Virus record (IMG/VR): IMGVR_UViG_3300046804_003780
Reading direction: 5' to 3' (one strand)
Origin: a virus
DNA: 64,000 nt
A model generated the notes under the pieces. The model had not been told where the DNA came from. It searched no databases and was given only the letters and a program-made list of their open reading frames with translations. Made by a program: the position numbers and the translations under genes. This document shows, one piece after another, positions 30,601 through 40,500 of the stretch (its first letter is position 1; every line of letters begins with the position of its first letter).

Positions 30601-33600
30601 TCCAGTGCCTGAATCTCCTAAGAAATAACCTAATTTAGCATCAAAAGCAACACTACTTCCAAAAGATGAAGTTGGCACTGGCTTGTTAAAACTTGATGAT
30701 AATTGATAGTTGATACCTTTTCTATAAACTGCCCATGTGCCATTAATGTTTTCATCCACCCATACTGTGCTTAGGACAAATTCAGTATCAATGAGATTTA
30801 AATTACTAATATCTTTTGGTGATGAAACTCTTTGATTTTGTAGTTTTGCAACTATTCCAGTTGACTCAATGTTTGATATAGATAATGGCAAACTTAAATC
30901 TATAACAACTGAGTTTGCATCACTAATTCTTACTATAATATAGAAACCATCTACAAAGCTTGAATAATTCAAAATCATTATCACAGTATTGACTGCTAAA
31001 TTATGCGGTTTATCAAAAAATACTGTGCAAGTATCATTTAAATTATTAACTACATTTATTATAGCAACTGGAATGTTTGCGTTAAGAGATGTTGTGGCGT
31101 AAATTCTCCAATCACCTTTGAAATCTGCTATCCAAATATATTCGTTTTTATAAATGTCGTAAATTGAAACTTCATTTTGATTTAAATTTGCAACTTTAAA
31201 TGAATATGTTTTAATATCTTCAAAATTCACATATCCAGCCGATGGTAATTGATTAAATGTACCAGAAGGTAAAAGTGGAAGTATATTGATATTATTTGGA
31301 ACACGTCCGTAATTACTTAAAGCATAAATTGGTATTTCTTGCATTGAACCTGGTTCATTAACATCTTTTATGATACTAACAATAGCAGGATTTCCATTTA
31401 ATTTTTGTTGATCCAGTTTAAATTCAATAAAATTTTGATCTAATACACCACCATAATTTCCTATATTGATTGCCCAATTTTCATAAGTTGTATAATTTAT
31501 ACCACCAGTTTGTAACGTAATGTTTTGAATTGCAGAAGTAGCTTGTTTACTTCCTTTTTCGACAATCATTGTCTTATAAAGATTTACTTGTGATATGTCA
31601 TCCAAATTTGCAGCAGCTAAATAATCTCTTGGTCTATATCCAATTAAAGAAAAAGATAATAAATCAGCGTCATTTTCTAAGTTTGCTTGGTACGAATTAT
31701 AATATAAAGTACTCTCATATGCCCTGCTACTTGCATTAGGTAATAATCCTTTTTGTATTAAATCATAGTCTACTTTTGTCCAAAGATTTTGTTGAAAGGA
31801 GGCTGCTGGCTGAATAATTTCATTTGAAGCATAATAATTATTTTTATATTTTACTATTACGCCTTTTGTATATTTGGTATTTGCCTGCCAATCTATAACA
31901 TTATCCTGATTTAAAATAAATCCTTTTGTATCTACCGTGCCGTCCCAAGTTGCAGTTTTTGCTCCTTTTAACAACATACGATATTGTCTTAAGCCAGTAT
32001 TTGGATCATAAATTAAATCATTAAACAATGTTACATTGTCAAAAACAATTGCGTGTTCGATATTACTTAAATTAGCATTAAAGTATGCAATAGTATCATC
32101 AACCTTTATAGGAATCGCAGAAAATTCAACTCCATTTCTAATAATTGACATATCCTTAATTTGTATTGGAATTAAATTTTGATTTAATACATAATTTTGA
32201 GCTTGTAGTGTTAGAGGTTGAACAATAGCATTTTCTTTATTAATTACAATTTTTTTAGCCAAAGGATTTATATTTAATATTGAACCTGTTTCCCAACCTG
32301 CTTGAATCCAAGCTAAAACCTCTTGAATCATTTGATTCCAATTAAGAATGAGGTTATTTTCAACCTGATTAAATTCGAGGCCTTGTGAACTTAAGTAATT
32401 ACCATAAGAATTAATAAATTCAGCAAGTGCCTGAGGTGTAGAAAACTCGGTGCTATATGGAACTATAACAACTTTACCGCTTGAATTTTTTGAAATTCTA
32501 ACTGACAATGAGCCAGATGTTATGGTTTCATACTTTCCATTTACCAATGGAGCAAATGTTTTAAAATAAATTTTATTTTGACTATTACCATATACTTGAT
32601 AACCAGTATCAGTTTTTTGAATTATAATTGAACTATAAACAATCGTGTCAAAAGGTTGATTTTCATGTAGTAGGACTTGATAACTTTCGTCTGGAATTAA
32701 TAAACTATTATTTCTGCTCGTTGGGGAACCTTTATCAACATAAAATTTTAACAACTCTTTGTCGCTAAATCCTGCCAATCGATAAACCAATCTTACATCT
32801 AAATTGTTAAGATATTCTGTTAAAATATCATATCCTGAATTTCCTGTACTCTGAACATAGTCCACTATCCAATTAATGTAACTATGCTGTGCTGTTCCGC
32901 TCCCGTATAATACAGATCCTGTAGTTTGAAATCTAAACTTGTTATTGACTAGATACTGATCAAATTCATCATTAAATTTATAGGTGTCTAAATTTTCTCC
33001 CAACGCATAAAATTTTGCAGGTTTACATAACGCTAAAATTTTTACCAAGTCGTAAGGCCAAGAACTGCTCTTTAAATAACTAAATTCAGCAGGACCCCAA
33101 TCACCAACTTTCCATTGTGTTTGGAACGTCAAGTTGTCATAGTTACCTATAACAGAATTTAATGGATCAACTAAATTCCCCAAATCGTCCACTGGTAAAA
33201 CTTTTAAGAGTCCTGGTCTTTTTCTTGATTCAATTATAATTGGATTTCCGTCATTATAATCATAACCATTTTCCATATCAGTCCATAATACTAAGTTATT
33301 TTTAGTATACGGCGGTAATCCATAATAACTATCCCACCATTTAGGCTTATTGGTGTACCCAATCATTTCCCAAGGAGTTAAGTTTGGAGTTACTGTGTCA
33401 AAAAACCAGTTATATAATCCTTTCCAATTGCCCCTTTTTACTAAAGTATTATCTAATCTATTTGTTGCTTGGTAATAGTTATATGTGTATGCATCTGTTG
33501 CACTGTAATATTGTGATTTATAATCAATTCTATTTTGACCTACCCAATTTAAAAAGGACATTGAGTACAATTGTAAAATTTCATCATAGTTATAGTCAGT

Positions 33601-36600
33601 ATTTCTAAATTGTCCAGGTAGAACCTCATCACTTGAAATTGGAATTTTAGAACTTACTTTTAAATTGTTATAAATTCGGCACTCAAATTCAAATATTACT
33701 TGGTCACGATAATCTGTTAGATATCCATTTTTATATTCACCGTATAATGTTGTTAACGAACCATCGTGACCTTTTATAAACCAAGTAGGATTTACATAAG
33801 AAGTATCATAAACAACTTCAGGTATTGTTGCTGGATAAAATCCTAATTTTGTAGGAGTATTTGGTACATAACTACCATATGTTTGATTGTATTCATTAAC
33901 AACAATTACGTCTCCAATTACCAAATCAGTATACACGTTGACTAAGGGTTGATCCGAACTAACTATATAATCTACGTCCCTAATTAATTGTCGCTGAACT
34001 AACACTCCATTTACATTTCTTAAAAGATAAAGTAATACAGAGTTATAATTTGCTGAAGTAAAATCATATATTTTGCTTAAAGAAAATTGCGATTGATTTA
34101 CATCGGCATTGAAAGAATACCTATTGGTTATATATGCTCCTTTACTAGGTAACATATCTGACCAAAAGAATGAATTGCTTTGTGTTTTGTATGAAGTTAT
34201 TTCATTGATAGCGTTATCTAATATAGTTGACGCTATTTGATAGCTTTCATATGGTGTTTTAGATACCACATCTATGAGTAGACTTTTATATTTAATATAT
34301 TCAACTGAATTAAAGTTAAGAGAATCAATTAAATTAAAGTTTGCATTTTTTAAGAATGCCCCAGTTAATGATAAAGGAGCACTATTTTGAATTATTTTTG
34401 TTCCATATCTTACTAGGTTTGGTAAATCTCTGTAATTATTTGCACCAAATATTTGACCAACAATACGTTTACTGTTTGTACAAATACTCAAATAATGATT
34501 TTTTATGTCTCCTAAATTAGGACTCACTATTTGCGCATTAAAGATATTGTTTTCTAAGTTTGTTGGTATCGTAAAATACCCCGTAGTGCTTACCTTATCA
34601 CTATAAATTAATATTTGTATAGGCGTTTCTAATATTGGAGTAGAATTTAAAGTTATTGTCGTTGTATTTCCTTGCACTGCAAAAGTAAATTCAGTATCAA
34701 ATAAAATATTATCTCTAACATAAACTTGCACTACCGGCCATGCAGTAGAATCTGTGGATTTAGCTGGTACATCGCAAATAAAAATTGGACTGCCCTTTGC
34801 TGGGTCATAATTAAAATTAAATGCTTGATATTGAATACTATTTGAAATTGCAGTTTGCCAGCCTAGTTCTCTCACATAATCGGTTTTAGACTGATAATTA
34901 TATATGTATCCTGTATTAACATCCTGTGTTGTTTGAATTCCATTTAACACATAATTAAATTTATCTGTGTTATATGAAACATTAAATTGAATATCACCTA
35001 TGTTGTTTACTGAACTATATTTTAAAGGAAATCCTAATATAGGATCATTGTTCCCAGTACCTGTCGCATATTGAAATAGTGAAGTTCCAATAAAACTACT
35101 ACTGTTGTAATAATCTGTGTCCCCAAAGCTTAATCCATTTGAATCAAAAATATCAAACAGCGGTGGTTGATTTACTGTTGTTTTTAACTGCCCTTGTATC
35201 CAAGTTGATCCATTAAACCAATATGTATATCCTTTTCTATCTTCACCTAACAATACTACGGTTTGATCAAAACTTTCAACATCTCCGTTAGCTATTTTTG
35301 TAAGTGTTATTACAGGTGGTGATTGAGTTATTACTACATTGCCGGTTGCATTATCTAATTGAATAAAATTAGACAAATTTGGATCTGTGCTTAAGCGCAG
35401 TGATGTAGAATTTGGTATATCATATACATAGTATTTTGTAAATGCTGTCAAATTGCCTATGTTTTGATTTAAAGAAACTAAACTTCCTACAACAAAACTT
35501 GTAGAATCTGTTACAGTAAGTCTGTCTGTAGAGGCGCTAGTAGAACTTATTACTGTCGATGTCTGTGTAGCAACCGACGTGGAAATATAATTTACTCTAT
35601 AAATTTTGTTTCTAACATTTACATCTGTGTCTGCACTGAATATAACCTTACAACCATCAAACAATCCAAAACTTAAGCCGTCTGGATAATACTGTAATTG
35701 ACTGGCTACTTGTGTAAATGCGTCGGTCGCAGTTATATCAAAATAATCAACCGGAGGTTTTGCTTGAATGCCTAAATTGAATAATTTTAAGTTAGGGTAA
35801 AATTCAATAATTGGTCTTTTAGCTCTAGCCTCATTACTATTAATAACATTAAGTAAATTTTTACTGTTAGTATGTTTAATAGTTTCTTGTATGACCTGTG
35901 AGTGGAACCATCTATTACCTCTAGTCCACGCATTTAAATTTTGGGCTGCTCTGTTAATAGTGATATAATCTTGTGTTATAGGTGATTCAACTATATCAGA
36001 ATATGGTGCAATATCATATGGTGCAGCATCATATGGATTGTAAACACTTTGTGAATACGATTCTGGTGTTACTAACGTAGAGGCTGAAATTAATTTAATA
36101 CCTGTTCCAACTCCTTCTACATAATATTGATCCGTTTTATATTTCTCAGGTACAACGTCACCAGAAAAACTTATTTTTAATCCATTAGTAAATTTAACGT
36201 TGTTTGGTGAGATGTAAGTTAGTTTGTTTAAAATATCAGTTTCAACATTTATATAATTGGCTTCATTACTATCTACTATTTTAATAACGCCAATCTTTTT
36301 AAGATTTTCACTGTCCTGATAATACAATGTATCTAAGGGTGCAGTGACTTCAGGTATTATTTGTATTTCTCCTGTTTGTAATCTTACAAATTTTTTAAAA
36401 ATATATTGATTTCCAATTAATACCGTAATATTTGTATTTGTTGGTATTACATTTAATGGGGTTAAATTAATTATTGGATCACCTGGCTCATCTGTTTCTT
36501 CATAGGTTATTTTGAAGAAATACTGACTTACATTTACAAAAGAAGCTGAATCGAACCCTACAGGGTTAGTGCTAACTGCGTCAAAACCTCCGTTGTCATA

Positions 36601-37518
36601 AAAGGTATCAACTGCTGTAATTTGTAATGGCGGAGCACCATAAAACATTAATGTCTTGTCTAATAAATTTGTAGCACCATCAATATTTCCAATTTGGCTA
36701 AGTCTTTGTCCGTGTATATTATAAAAAAATTGAGTTGTAACTAAATCGACATTAACATTTCCTGTATAGTTTTGAGATTGCTGGGCGTCTGCATATGGTA
36801 CATTAAAAATCATCACCCCTTCTGAGGTGCCATTATTTTCTAATCCAAAAATGTCTCTTGTACTTACATTAGGCCTATTTGGAAGCACGCCAGAAAGACC
36901 TGGAGCGGTCTGTATCCAAAATTTAGAATTTTGATCTACATTAAAATAATATGTTCCACCACGTAATAATGTTATTGTTGGGTTAAATTCTTCAATAGAA
37001 AAATTGTCTTGTATAAACAAAAACTCGTTAGTTTGACTTTTAACATCAAAAAAGGAAGTTAGATTGATAGGCAATGGTTCAATATTAATTACATCTGGTC
37101 CAAAAGGTAACCAATAATATTGACTATAGTTAGACAATTTATCCAAATCTGCAAAACTATCCCAACTGTAAAATTGATTATTAAATAACAAAGAATTATT
37201 TGTGACTGGCGCCCCTTGTAGTTTAAGGGCATCAATCATTTCAGGATAGGTAATAAAATCTAATGCTCTGTTTGTTTCATTTTTTTTAAAAATAACTGCA
37301 GGTTCTAATTGATAATCAGTTCTTGTTTTATTAATTTCAGGTATGTAATAAGAGTTTGGAGTCAACCCGTATTCAAATCTTCTGCCAATATAACCTTGAA
37401 GCTTTTCTAAATCTTGTTGTTGAACAAGTTGATCCAATGTGGCGGATAAAAAGTTTTCATTAGGAGTCGTTTTAAAAATTTCTGGAAGAAAATCAATTGT
37501 TCTAACTTGCGCTACCAT
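21664..37518 (-). CDS. giant (5284 aa) virion/baseplate-associated protein
   Basis: 15.9-kb uninterrupted ORF right after the baseplate wedge gene; beta-rich modules, FG-GAP-like and S.DG..W (BNR-like) propeller repeats. Confidence 0.85.
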   Translation of the reverse strand: MVAQVRTIDFLPEIFKTTPNENFLSATLDQLVQQQDLEKLQGYIGRRFEYGLTPNSYYIPEINKTRTDYQLEPAVIFKKNETNRALDFITYPEMIDALKLQGAPVTNNSLLFNNQFYSWDSFADLDKLSNYSQYYWLPFGPDVINIEPLPINLTSFFDVKSQTNEFLFIQDNFSIEEFNPTITLLRGGTYYFNVDQNSKFWIQTAPGLSGVLPNRPNVSTRDIFGLENNGTSEGVMIFNVPYADAQQSQNYTGNVNVDLVTTQFFYNIHGQRLSQIGNIDGATNLLDKTLMFYGAPPLQITAVDTFYDNGGFDAVSTNPVGFDSASFVNVSQYFFKITYEETDEPGDPIINLTPLNVIPTNTNITVLIGNQYIFKKFVRLQTGEIQIIPEVTAPLDTLYYQDSENLKKIGVIKIVDSNEANYINVETDILNKLTYISPNNVKFTNGLKISFSGDVVPEKYKTDQYYVEGVGTGIKLISASTLVTPESYSQSVYNPYDAAPYDIAPYSDIVESPITQDYITINRAAQNLNAWTRGNRWFHSQVIQETIKHTNSKNLLNVINSNEARAKRPIIEFYPNLKLFNLGIQAKPPVDYFDITATDAFTQVASQLQYYPDGLSFGLFDGCKVIFSADTDVNVRNKIYRVNYISTSVATQTSTVISSTSASTDRLTVTDSTSFVVGSLVSLNQNIGNLTAFTKYYVYDIPNSTSLRLSTDPNLSNFIQLDNATGNVVITQSPPVITLTKIANGDVESFDQTVVLLGEDRKGYTYWFNGSTWIQGQLKTTVNQPPLFDIFDSNGLSFGDTDYYNSSSFIGTSLFQYATGTGNNDPILGFPLKYSSVNNIGDIQFNVSYNTDKFNYVLNGIQTTQDVNTGYIYNYQSKTDYVRELGWQTAISNSIQYQAFNFNYDPAKGSPIFICDVPAKSTDSTAWPVVQVYVRDNILFDTEFTFAVQGNTTTITLNSTPILETPIQILIYSDKVSTTGYFTIPTNLENNIFNAQIVSPNLGDIKNHYLSICTNSKRIVGQIFGANNYRDLPNLVRYGTKIIQNSAPLSLTGAFLKNANFNLIDSLNFNSVEYIKYKSLLIDVVSKTPYESYQIASTILDNAINEITSYKTQSNSFFWSDMLPSKGAYITNRYSFNADVNQSQFSLSKIYDFTSANYNSVLLYLLRNVNGVLVQRQLIRDVDYIVSSDQPLVNVYTDLVIGDVIVVNEYNQTYGSYVPNTPTKLGFYPATIPEVVYDTSYVNPTWFIKGHDGSLTTLYGEYKNGYLTDYRDQVIFEFECRIYNNLKVSSKIPISSDEVLPGQFRNTDYNYDEILQLYSMSFLNWVGQNRIDYKSQYYSATDAYTYNYYQATNRLDNTLVKRGNWKGLYNWFFDTVTPNLTPWEMIGYTNKPKWWDSYYGLPPYTKNNLVLWTDMENGYDYNDGNPIIIESRKRPGLLKVLPVDDLGNLVDPLNSVIGNYDNLTFQTQWKVGDWGPAEFSYLKSSSWPYDLVKILALCKPAKFYALGENLDTYKFNDEFDQYLVNNKFRFQTTGSVLYGSGTAQHSYINWIVDYVQSTGNSGYDILTEYLNNLDVRLVYRLAGFSDKELLKFYVDKGSPTSRNNSLLIPDESYQVLLHENQPFDTIVYSSIIIQKTDTGYQVYGNSQNKIYFKTFAPLVNGKYETITSGSLSVRISKNSSGKVVIVPYSTEFSTPQALAEFINSYGNYLSSQGLEFNQVENNLILNWNQMIQEVLAWIQAGWETGSILNINPLAKKIVINKENAIVQPLTLQAQNYVLNQNLIPIQIKDMSIIRNGVEFSAIPIKVDDTIAYFNANLSNIEHAIVFDNVTLFNDLIYDPNTGLRQYRMLLKGAKTATWDGTVDTKGFILNQDNVIDWQANTKYTKGVIVKYKNNYYASNEIIQPAASFQQNLWTKVDYDLIQKGLLPNASSRAYESTLYYNSYQANLENDADLLSFSLIGYRPRDYLAAANLDDISQVNLYKTMIVEKGSKQATSAIQNITLQTGGINYTTYENWAINIGNYGGVLDQNFIEFKLDQQKLNGNPAIVSIIKDVNEPGSMQEIPIYALSNYGRVPNNINILPLLPSGTFNQLPSAGYVNFEDIKTYSFKVANLNQNEVSIYDIYKNEYIWIADFKGDWRIYATTSLNANIPVAIINVVNNLNDTCTVFFDKPHNLAVNTVIMILNYSSFVDGFYIIVRISDANSVVIDLSLPLSISNIESTGIVAKLQNQRVSSPKDISNLNLIDTEFVLSTVWVDENINGTWAVYRKGINYQLSSSFNKPVPTSSFGSSVAFDAKLGYFLGDSGTGNVYRYKYESNINFWNLDETITIPSSPTGFGSSMDKKQNFLAILKSATTSIVYIYELVSTEKIEAVALQNSFNISGSGAADKVVMSDDCNYFFVGRGSTRQVFVYRKNSNLTFTSIGYPLTSAISVNGNQFRVSGDRRSLLLEGQMVSFSNVNGSTTYKIITGEFDAGSNLTTFTIEGYFFAGANIGTTVYRAYYDYTNVATITGAGSATNFGSNISTNYNGTQLFISAPNQDFNAVTDTGVVYIYNRVKQIFESRFTPIQTIATSFALAWTPTNSISVFLNGNILSSSNYTLSTNILTIKEQIVLKAGDLILVEGNDFILSQTLIGHSEVTNPRVGILYGKGLSNNNLGNELLVGSPFDIVDATGTEGTVYRYTNAGKKFGIITGSSVYNLSSQINILINGFAVTLPATGINNAVIAINEANIPNVIASKTNDNKLVIQLINQSLNVLEDKLNLTVFAEANFASLGITFYKKTQTLHDPNIQNNTQYGTSIKFNELNSFVVSAPTSNRYTQTTFDFTDDEDYSNDTIFDNNFTVFTDVVADAGSAYVYDYLGAYNESIDNIGKFVLGQLVNDTTTTLGSAPYYGTNISFNNYNIIIGSPTYLSGSQNGRVNIFRNTSGKPNWYIYRNPTNTVDINKLHGVSIYNNLNNLNIVSLDYIDPLQGKLLGVVAQNLDYISSVDPAGYNNNNVRKSVWGQEYVGKLWFDTSETKFIDYHQNNILYNSRYWGTVFPGSTVSVYTWIESDVLPIDYTGVGTVYDIDAYTTLNEIVESGTIVTRYYYWVKNIGTVLSNAKTLADNIVSSYISNPITSGIAFLAPLKQNVYALYNVFEYISATFTSLHLGYKTDSGNDVAHTEFKLIRDGYAEDFLPGLPTLYNNLVTPNGLYQKLLDSFSGVDLLGQSVPNPFLPRLLQTGTNLRPSQSFFYNRLRALENYVQFANNVMIKFPITELKNPSFLTLGGVATTGLNAPAFFTLSGDDFDTNNYWEYVNWWAEGYSDSTRTDIDVPKYYDLEKLNAFENMIVGVNANSNGKREVYLYQNNNWNRIGLELGTIAIKKSLYDYSINGIGFGDSFYDSTPYDSFPSVETYNIIRGLNEEVFTDDLLIYRNQGLILLFQYIITETEEFGNYLPWLNKTSFLDVEHTLRELEQTKNFQRDNEDFLYGYINEVKPYRVKLKEFSLKYTKTNLYDGDISDFDLPAQWNATLDSFITPELVFSDTLLESQYNSSDKIWQEPQYNQWFNNYGVKLQGKENYFIGLLREYVPVATKIIVVDNAFGYPTVGVIKIDNEYIGYNTVDRDLGILSGLTRGALDTEVVDHFPGTKIFIDLPAVSVIYGGRGYTEPPNIVSYVNTEVFPAPKVQASLKAQMSAGEVVAVTVLNSGEGYKVLPELIIEPSIEHKFNTSDINYTNYTINVPFKLFETGDLLKYSKGSNLSTILGLIDNQYYYIRLIEYGTKKPAVTIANQNRPTAIAFYISKINALTDTHRLILVQGRTPSNNHVLTLGARLAPISSNAPTRQITPVLKFDRTSYRPEVTVWEPNQFYISTYNSIGNDASYASKLATAIPFPSVSGNVSPAGGSGALFDVYAWIYGNQDEPPDFYSTANNVGVYTAILNSGGLNYQAGNVITIPGNLLGGTAPTNSCTITVVSVTLAGSITQFIVEGVAKPVFLSSLQGATVPISAVTTESGTNNVIVTFNYTNTSLAAGYLNKTKLYFYKVARLTTPYIYDNSGSGGAIIWVTSPRIYGTTVSNEYDIDIKDFGNIYTTGDVITISGALLGGSSPANDLIITVTFALSGAIVFYSLSGICSNAFDEYYTIPISATKCRLFYDATLINPVKNTGATPFIFTAGDIGFYPEPFTIPAASLVTYNNKLYKCIVANSDATFDFTKWELLQSDYPFINALDRIIAYYQPTINMPGKHLPLLMTGLEYPNGTNLGNKFNDDFELDVILQGQPFYPKEIDIKSIVYDGAKYVAIGNAATNATVLYSIDGRNWTFKKISDTPINVTRIIYSGSFYVISALNASAPLLISYDGFNWVSVGSYTVYDDAPFDVAGFDTLSVETPNDELYDVVYYNNNYVAVGNNVLSSINATSWGTGYSFGSRLPNVLKSVAYIPGADATSFEGFIAVGNGTSIIEGPDTPSPVFADQARVVISYDGITWTNTNQTFDVNFNTVFGSNTKIIAAGDFGKIYWSTNASNWNVATILGPSFNQQINHGIYALNTYIVICNNGYILYSSDGETWSQTSQISSNNLNEIEFDGNYLIAVGENSTILRSSNVIDWENISFLTANEPEYNIKGETFLSGYGPEEMVPALITDNLQLTVKTTPGSLWDPTVYENFGFYVNSGIFDLGNSTAFSFANLSPYATQIAVYIISNTNNRATRIYTVNQVPTPTSLVKIQSIDWVFKVVTLTSPLSPTEKIYFEVYSLGGGNQEVKGTSDNVPVKFDAKKNVSYIDTNYPYKDGVYLFPVVYINGVKKINNVDYKIEPNKSNAITIVFTSIINLATQYVSFAIYGPANTIYQYCMPETQVFQYVSGPKTFTLTNNMGGNNPNNAVVEIDGIRARNTIDYTIVGTTLTVIPSIAANTIVSVTSFNDTQNQFFVTQTSTSIRVTPIYYINTPATPVVVTTATNAFFVNQDQVLIDGVQNITEINNNIFYVRVLPTYVENAVTYYRYELYSDFNLSVPVIGNTYGTFYSNGVGSGGFIWKYTNTISINQPTLDIIDTNRLFVHINGTRVTPNNLRINQPNNRLSIMSPIALGNTIIVTSYMPSPTPNELWYTLTVNKNNEMVIANSNIENRTWLVRPIYPTDTKIYVDDVTKLVDITSTVSYASYDITTQKIYSYLNYNIVDIVLLTVNNLVTGLELAKTSYYLNTVNSTTQVIFTSGVTDGDALEFVLRFGNTIIINGEKIRFKNINIEDNTITNFVRGAEGTAILPTQDKYSYVLSFSTKDILDPFYYNKIWNSDDYSANGDPLQISNTIPANFLKSD

Positions 37519-37530
37519 ATTTTTCTCATC

Positions 37531-40500
37531 TTAAGGTTGTAATTGTTCTGGTGTAATTGCTGCTATGATTACTATGTCATTTGACTGTGCGCCATTTACA
37601 AATATTTCATATGGGGCACATCTTACTTCATACAAATCACCAAATGTAAGTGAAGGGTCTTTTGGTACAATAATAGCTGAACTTATAAGTCCATTTAAAT
37701 TTGTATGTAAATATGCACTCAATTCACTAAAAAAGAATGTGTCTCCAAAATCCCAATTATCTATACTAAAATAATTATTCATCGCAGTTAACACAGCAGC
37801 ACGTATTTCGCTGTCACTTGCTGTTGTTAAACTTGATTTAATAACCTTTATTGTTGCCTGTAGTTGCGGTGCTGCTTTTACACCAAACAAAGGTTTAAAA
37901 GTTACACTGTTAAAAACAACCGTGTCGCTCATCATTTTATAGTCATTTACTTTACTATATTCTTGAGTTAATTGCTCTACTGTAGGTTTGGCTGGTTCTG
38001 AAACTGTACCAGTTGTATCTTTTAACCAGTTAGTGTAAGTGGTATAATAAGCTAACGTAACTATGTATAAATCAATTATATTAGTTGTTCCAGGATCAAT
38101 TCTCGTAGTATTATTACTTAAATGATTATATTGAAAAAATATACTTTGTCTTCCTGTTAGTGCTGTATAATTTGTTACTGCTACTAAATTTACAATGTTT
38201 TCTGCAGTTGAATCTGCAACACTTTGATAAAATTTGTTTTCACTATAGGCGTAAAAAATCTGTCCAATTGGATATTCATATTTTACTACTTCAACATCAT
38301 TTTTGTTAGGATAATTGTAATTAATTAATATTGGTTCTGTAATGCCGTTCTTAGTTAAATAATTTATATCTGTAAAAGTTTCTATAAAAACAAAATATGA
38401 TGTGTTTGTAGATCCAAAAGTGTATCCTGTAATTGTAGTAAAAAAATCTGGGTTATCAATCAAAGAAGAATTTTTTGCATCTAAACTACTAACCTCTATT
38501 GAATAATCATCTGGATATCCATCTGCTTCAACAGTTTGACCAACTACATTTAAGTTAAAGTTTTCACCTAATATAGATAAAGAATTAGGTGTGGTATTAG
38601 TTTTTAAAACATTGATCTTGTCATATGCTAATGTTCCTGATAACGGATCAAATATTATTTTTTCTGAATCAAAAGTAAATCTAGTATTTTTTACGCTACC
38701 AAAATAATATGTAATTGCTTTACTTGTAATTCTGTACGCCCCGCTACCTAAACTTTCAAATTTAATTAATGCGTCTGGTCTATTGTAATTACCTACAAAC
38801 CATCTATCGACATTTACTGGTAAATTGTTGACATAGTAAAGTGAAAAGCTTTGTAAATTTTCAAAGTAATCAAGTACCAACTGTAAAATGGGAGTTGGCA
38901 AAATATTATCAAAAACTGGAATTATAGTATCTAATATAGCTCCTGTAGATACAAACTTACTAAGGCTAACTGGACCTAATCCATTATATAAATTTCCTTC
39001 ACCGCCGTTAAATCCGTCTGCAACTACATTTAATACATTTACCCACATAAATGTATTGTTAATTGATGGTGGGGCTCCTGCTACTAGTCTTTCATTTTGA
39101 AAATAATAACCAGAAGGGGCAACAAACTTGATTAAGGCACCCGGAGTACAATACTTCAAATTATATGCGTTGAATACACCTGCTGCTACTGGTCCTCCGG
39201 CGTTTTTAAAATATCCAGTAACTACTGTCCCATCGTAGCTAGTTTGATTCCAAGTAGTTACGCCGTCACCAGATGCTAAATTTATTGGATAACGATTTGC
39301 ATTAACAACATAATATTGATATAAATTTCTATTTGATATGATTTCTAAAATTTGATTACTGAATAATCTATTTGCTGAACCTGACGCCTCGCTCGTATTA
39401 AAATCATAAAATTTATCGTTTGTATTTAAATATAAAGCGCCATCATCACCAAAACTAGTGGTGCTAGAATATTTTCCTGTAGGGTCTAATAAATCAAAAT
39501 TTCTTGAAATACCAATTGATGTTCTATTTAAAGCTTTTGTTTTAATAATTGAACTGTATAGAGTGTATGGGAAATTATTGTAATCTTCACCATTCACCAT
39601 TCTATTTTGAGAGTAAAAATAAACTGGTGCTCTAGCTTTTATGTCGGCAATAGATTCTCTAGTTTGTGCATTGTTAATTGGTTGTGTAAGTTCAACGGTC
39701 AATGTCAAAGTTTCAATTCGATTAAATTTACTGACATAACTAAAAGTTAAAGTTGTATTAGTAAGTTCAACTGGATCAATAACGTATTGTAATCCATTAC
39801 TTGATCTTACATACGCTCTAAACGAACCTACAGGAATTTCACTAAAAACTCCGTCACCAAATATATAATTTACCTGATCGTTAAATCTTGATGTTACTGA
39901 AAATACAGCTTTGCGTGAATTTTGTTCACGCAGATATGTATTTGCATACAAATTTTCAACCTGGACCCAATTTAAAAGTTGGTTAGTTGTTGGGTCAATT
40001 TTATATAACCACGTGTCAGTATTGTTTACCCCTTGAATTTCTCCAATAGGTACAACTTGATTTGAAATTTGTTGGTTTAAGGTAAAATCATAATTTACTA
40101 ATGATCCTTGTTTAAAATACAAAAAGAATCCTGAATTTGTACTACCGTATCCTAGTTTATCGTTACGATAGAGTATATTAAACGTTCCCTTTGGGTTAGG
40201 GGGAATTTCATAGACATATGTTTCATCAATTGACGTTGCGCTTACACATTCAAAATTCATGGTAACTCCGCCAACTGTAGCGTTGAAAGGAATAACAGGG
40301 AGTACGCTGGAAGGTATTTTCAGTGTATATTCTTCCGTTTTAATATTAGCTATCTCTTGTGTGTTCGCTGGTCTACCTATTCGCTGAGCATCTACTAATG
40401 CAGCGTTTATAACAGAGTTAAACTGTTCTAACCAATTTGGGTTTGCTGGATCATTCCAAAAAATAGGGATTCCAGCTAATCCCAACCCATTAATGTCTAT

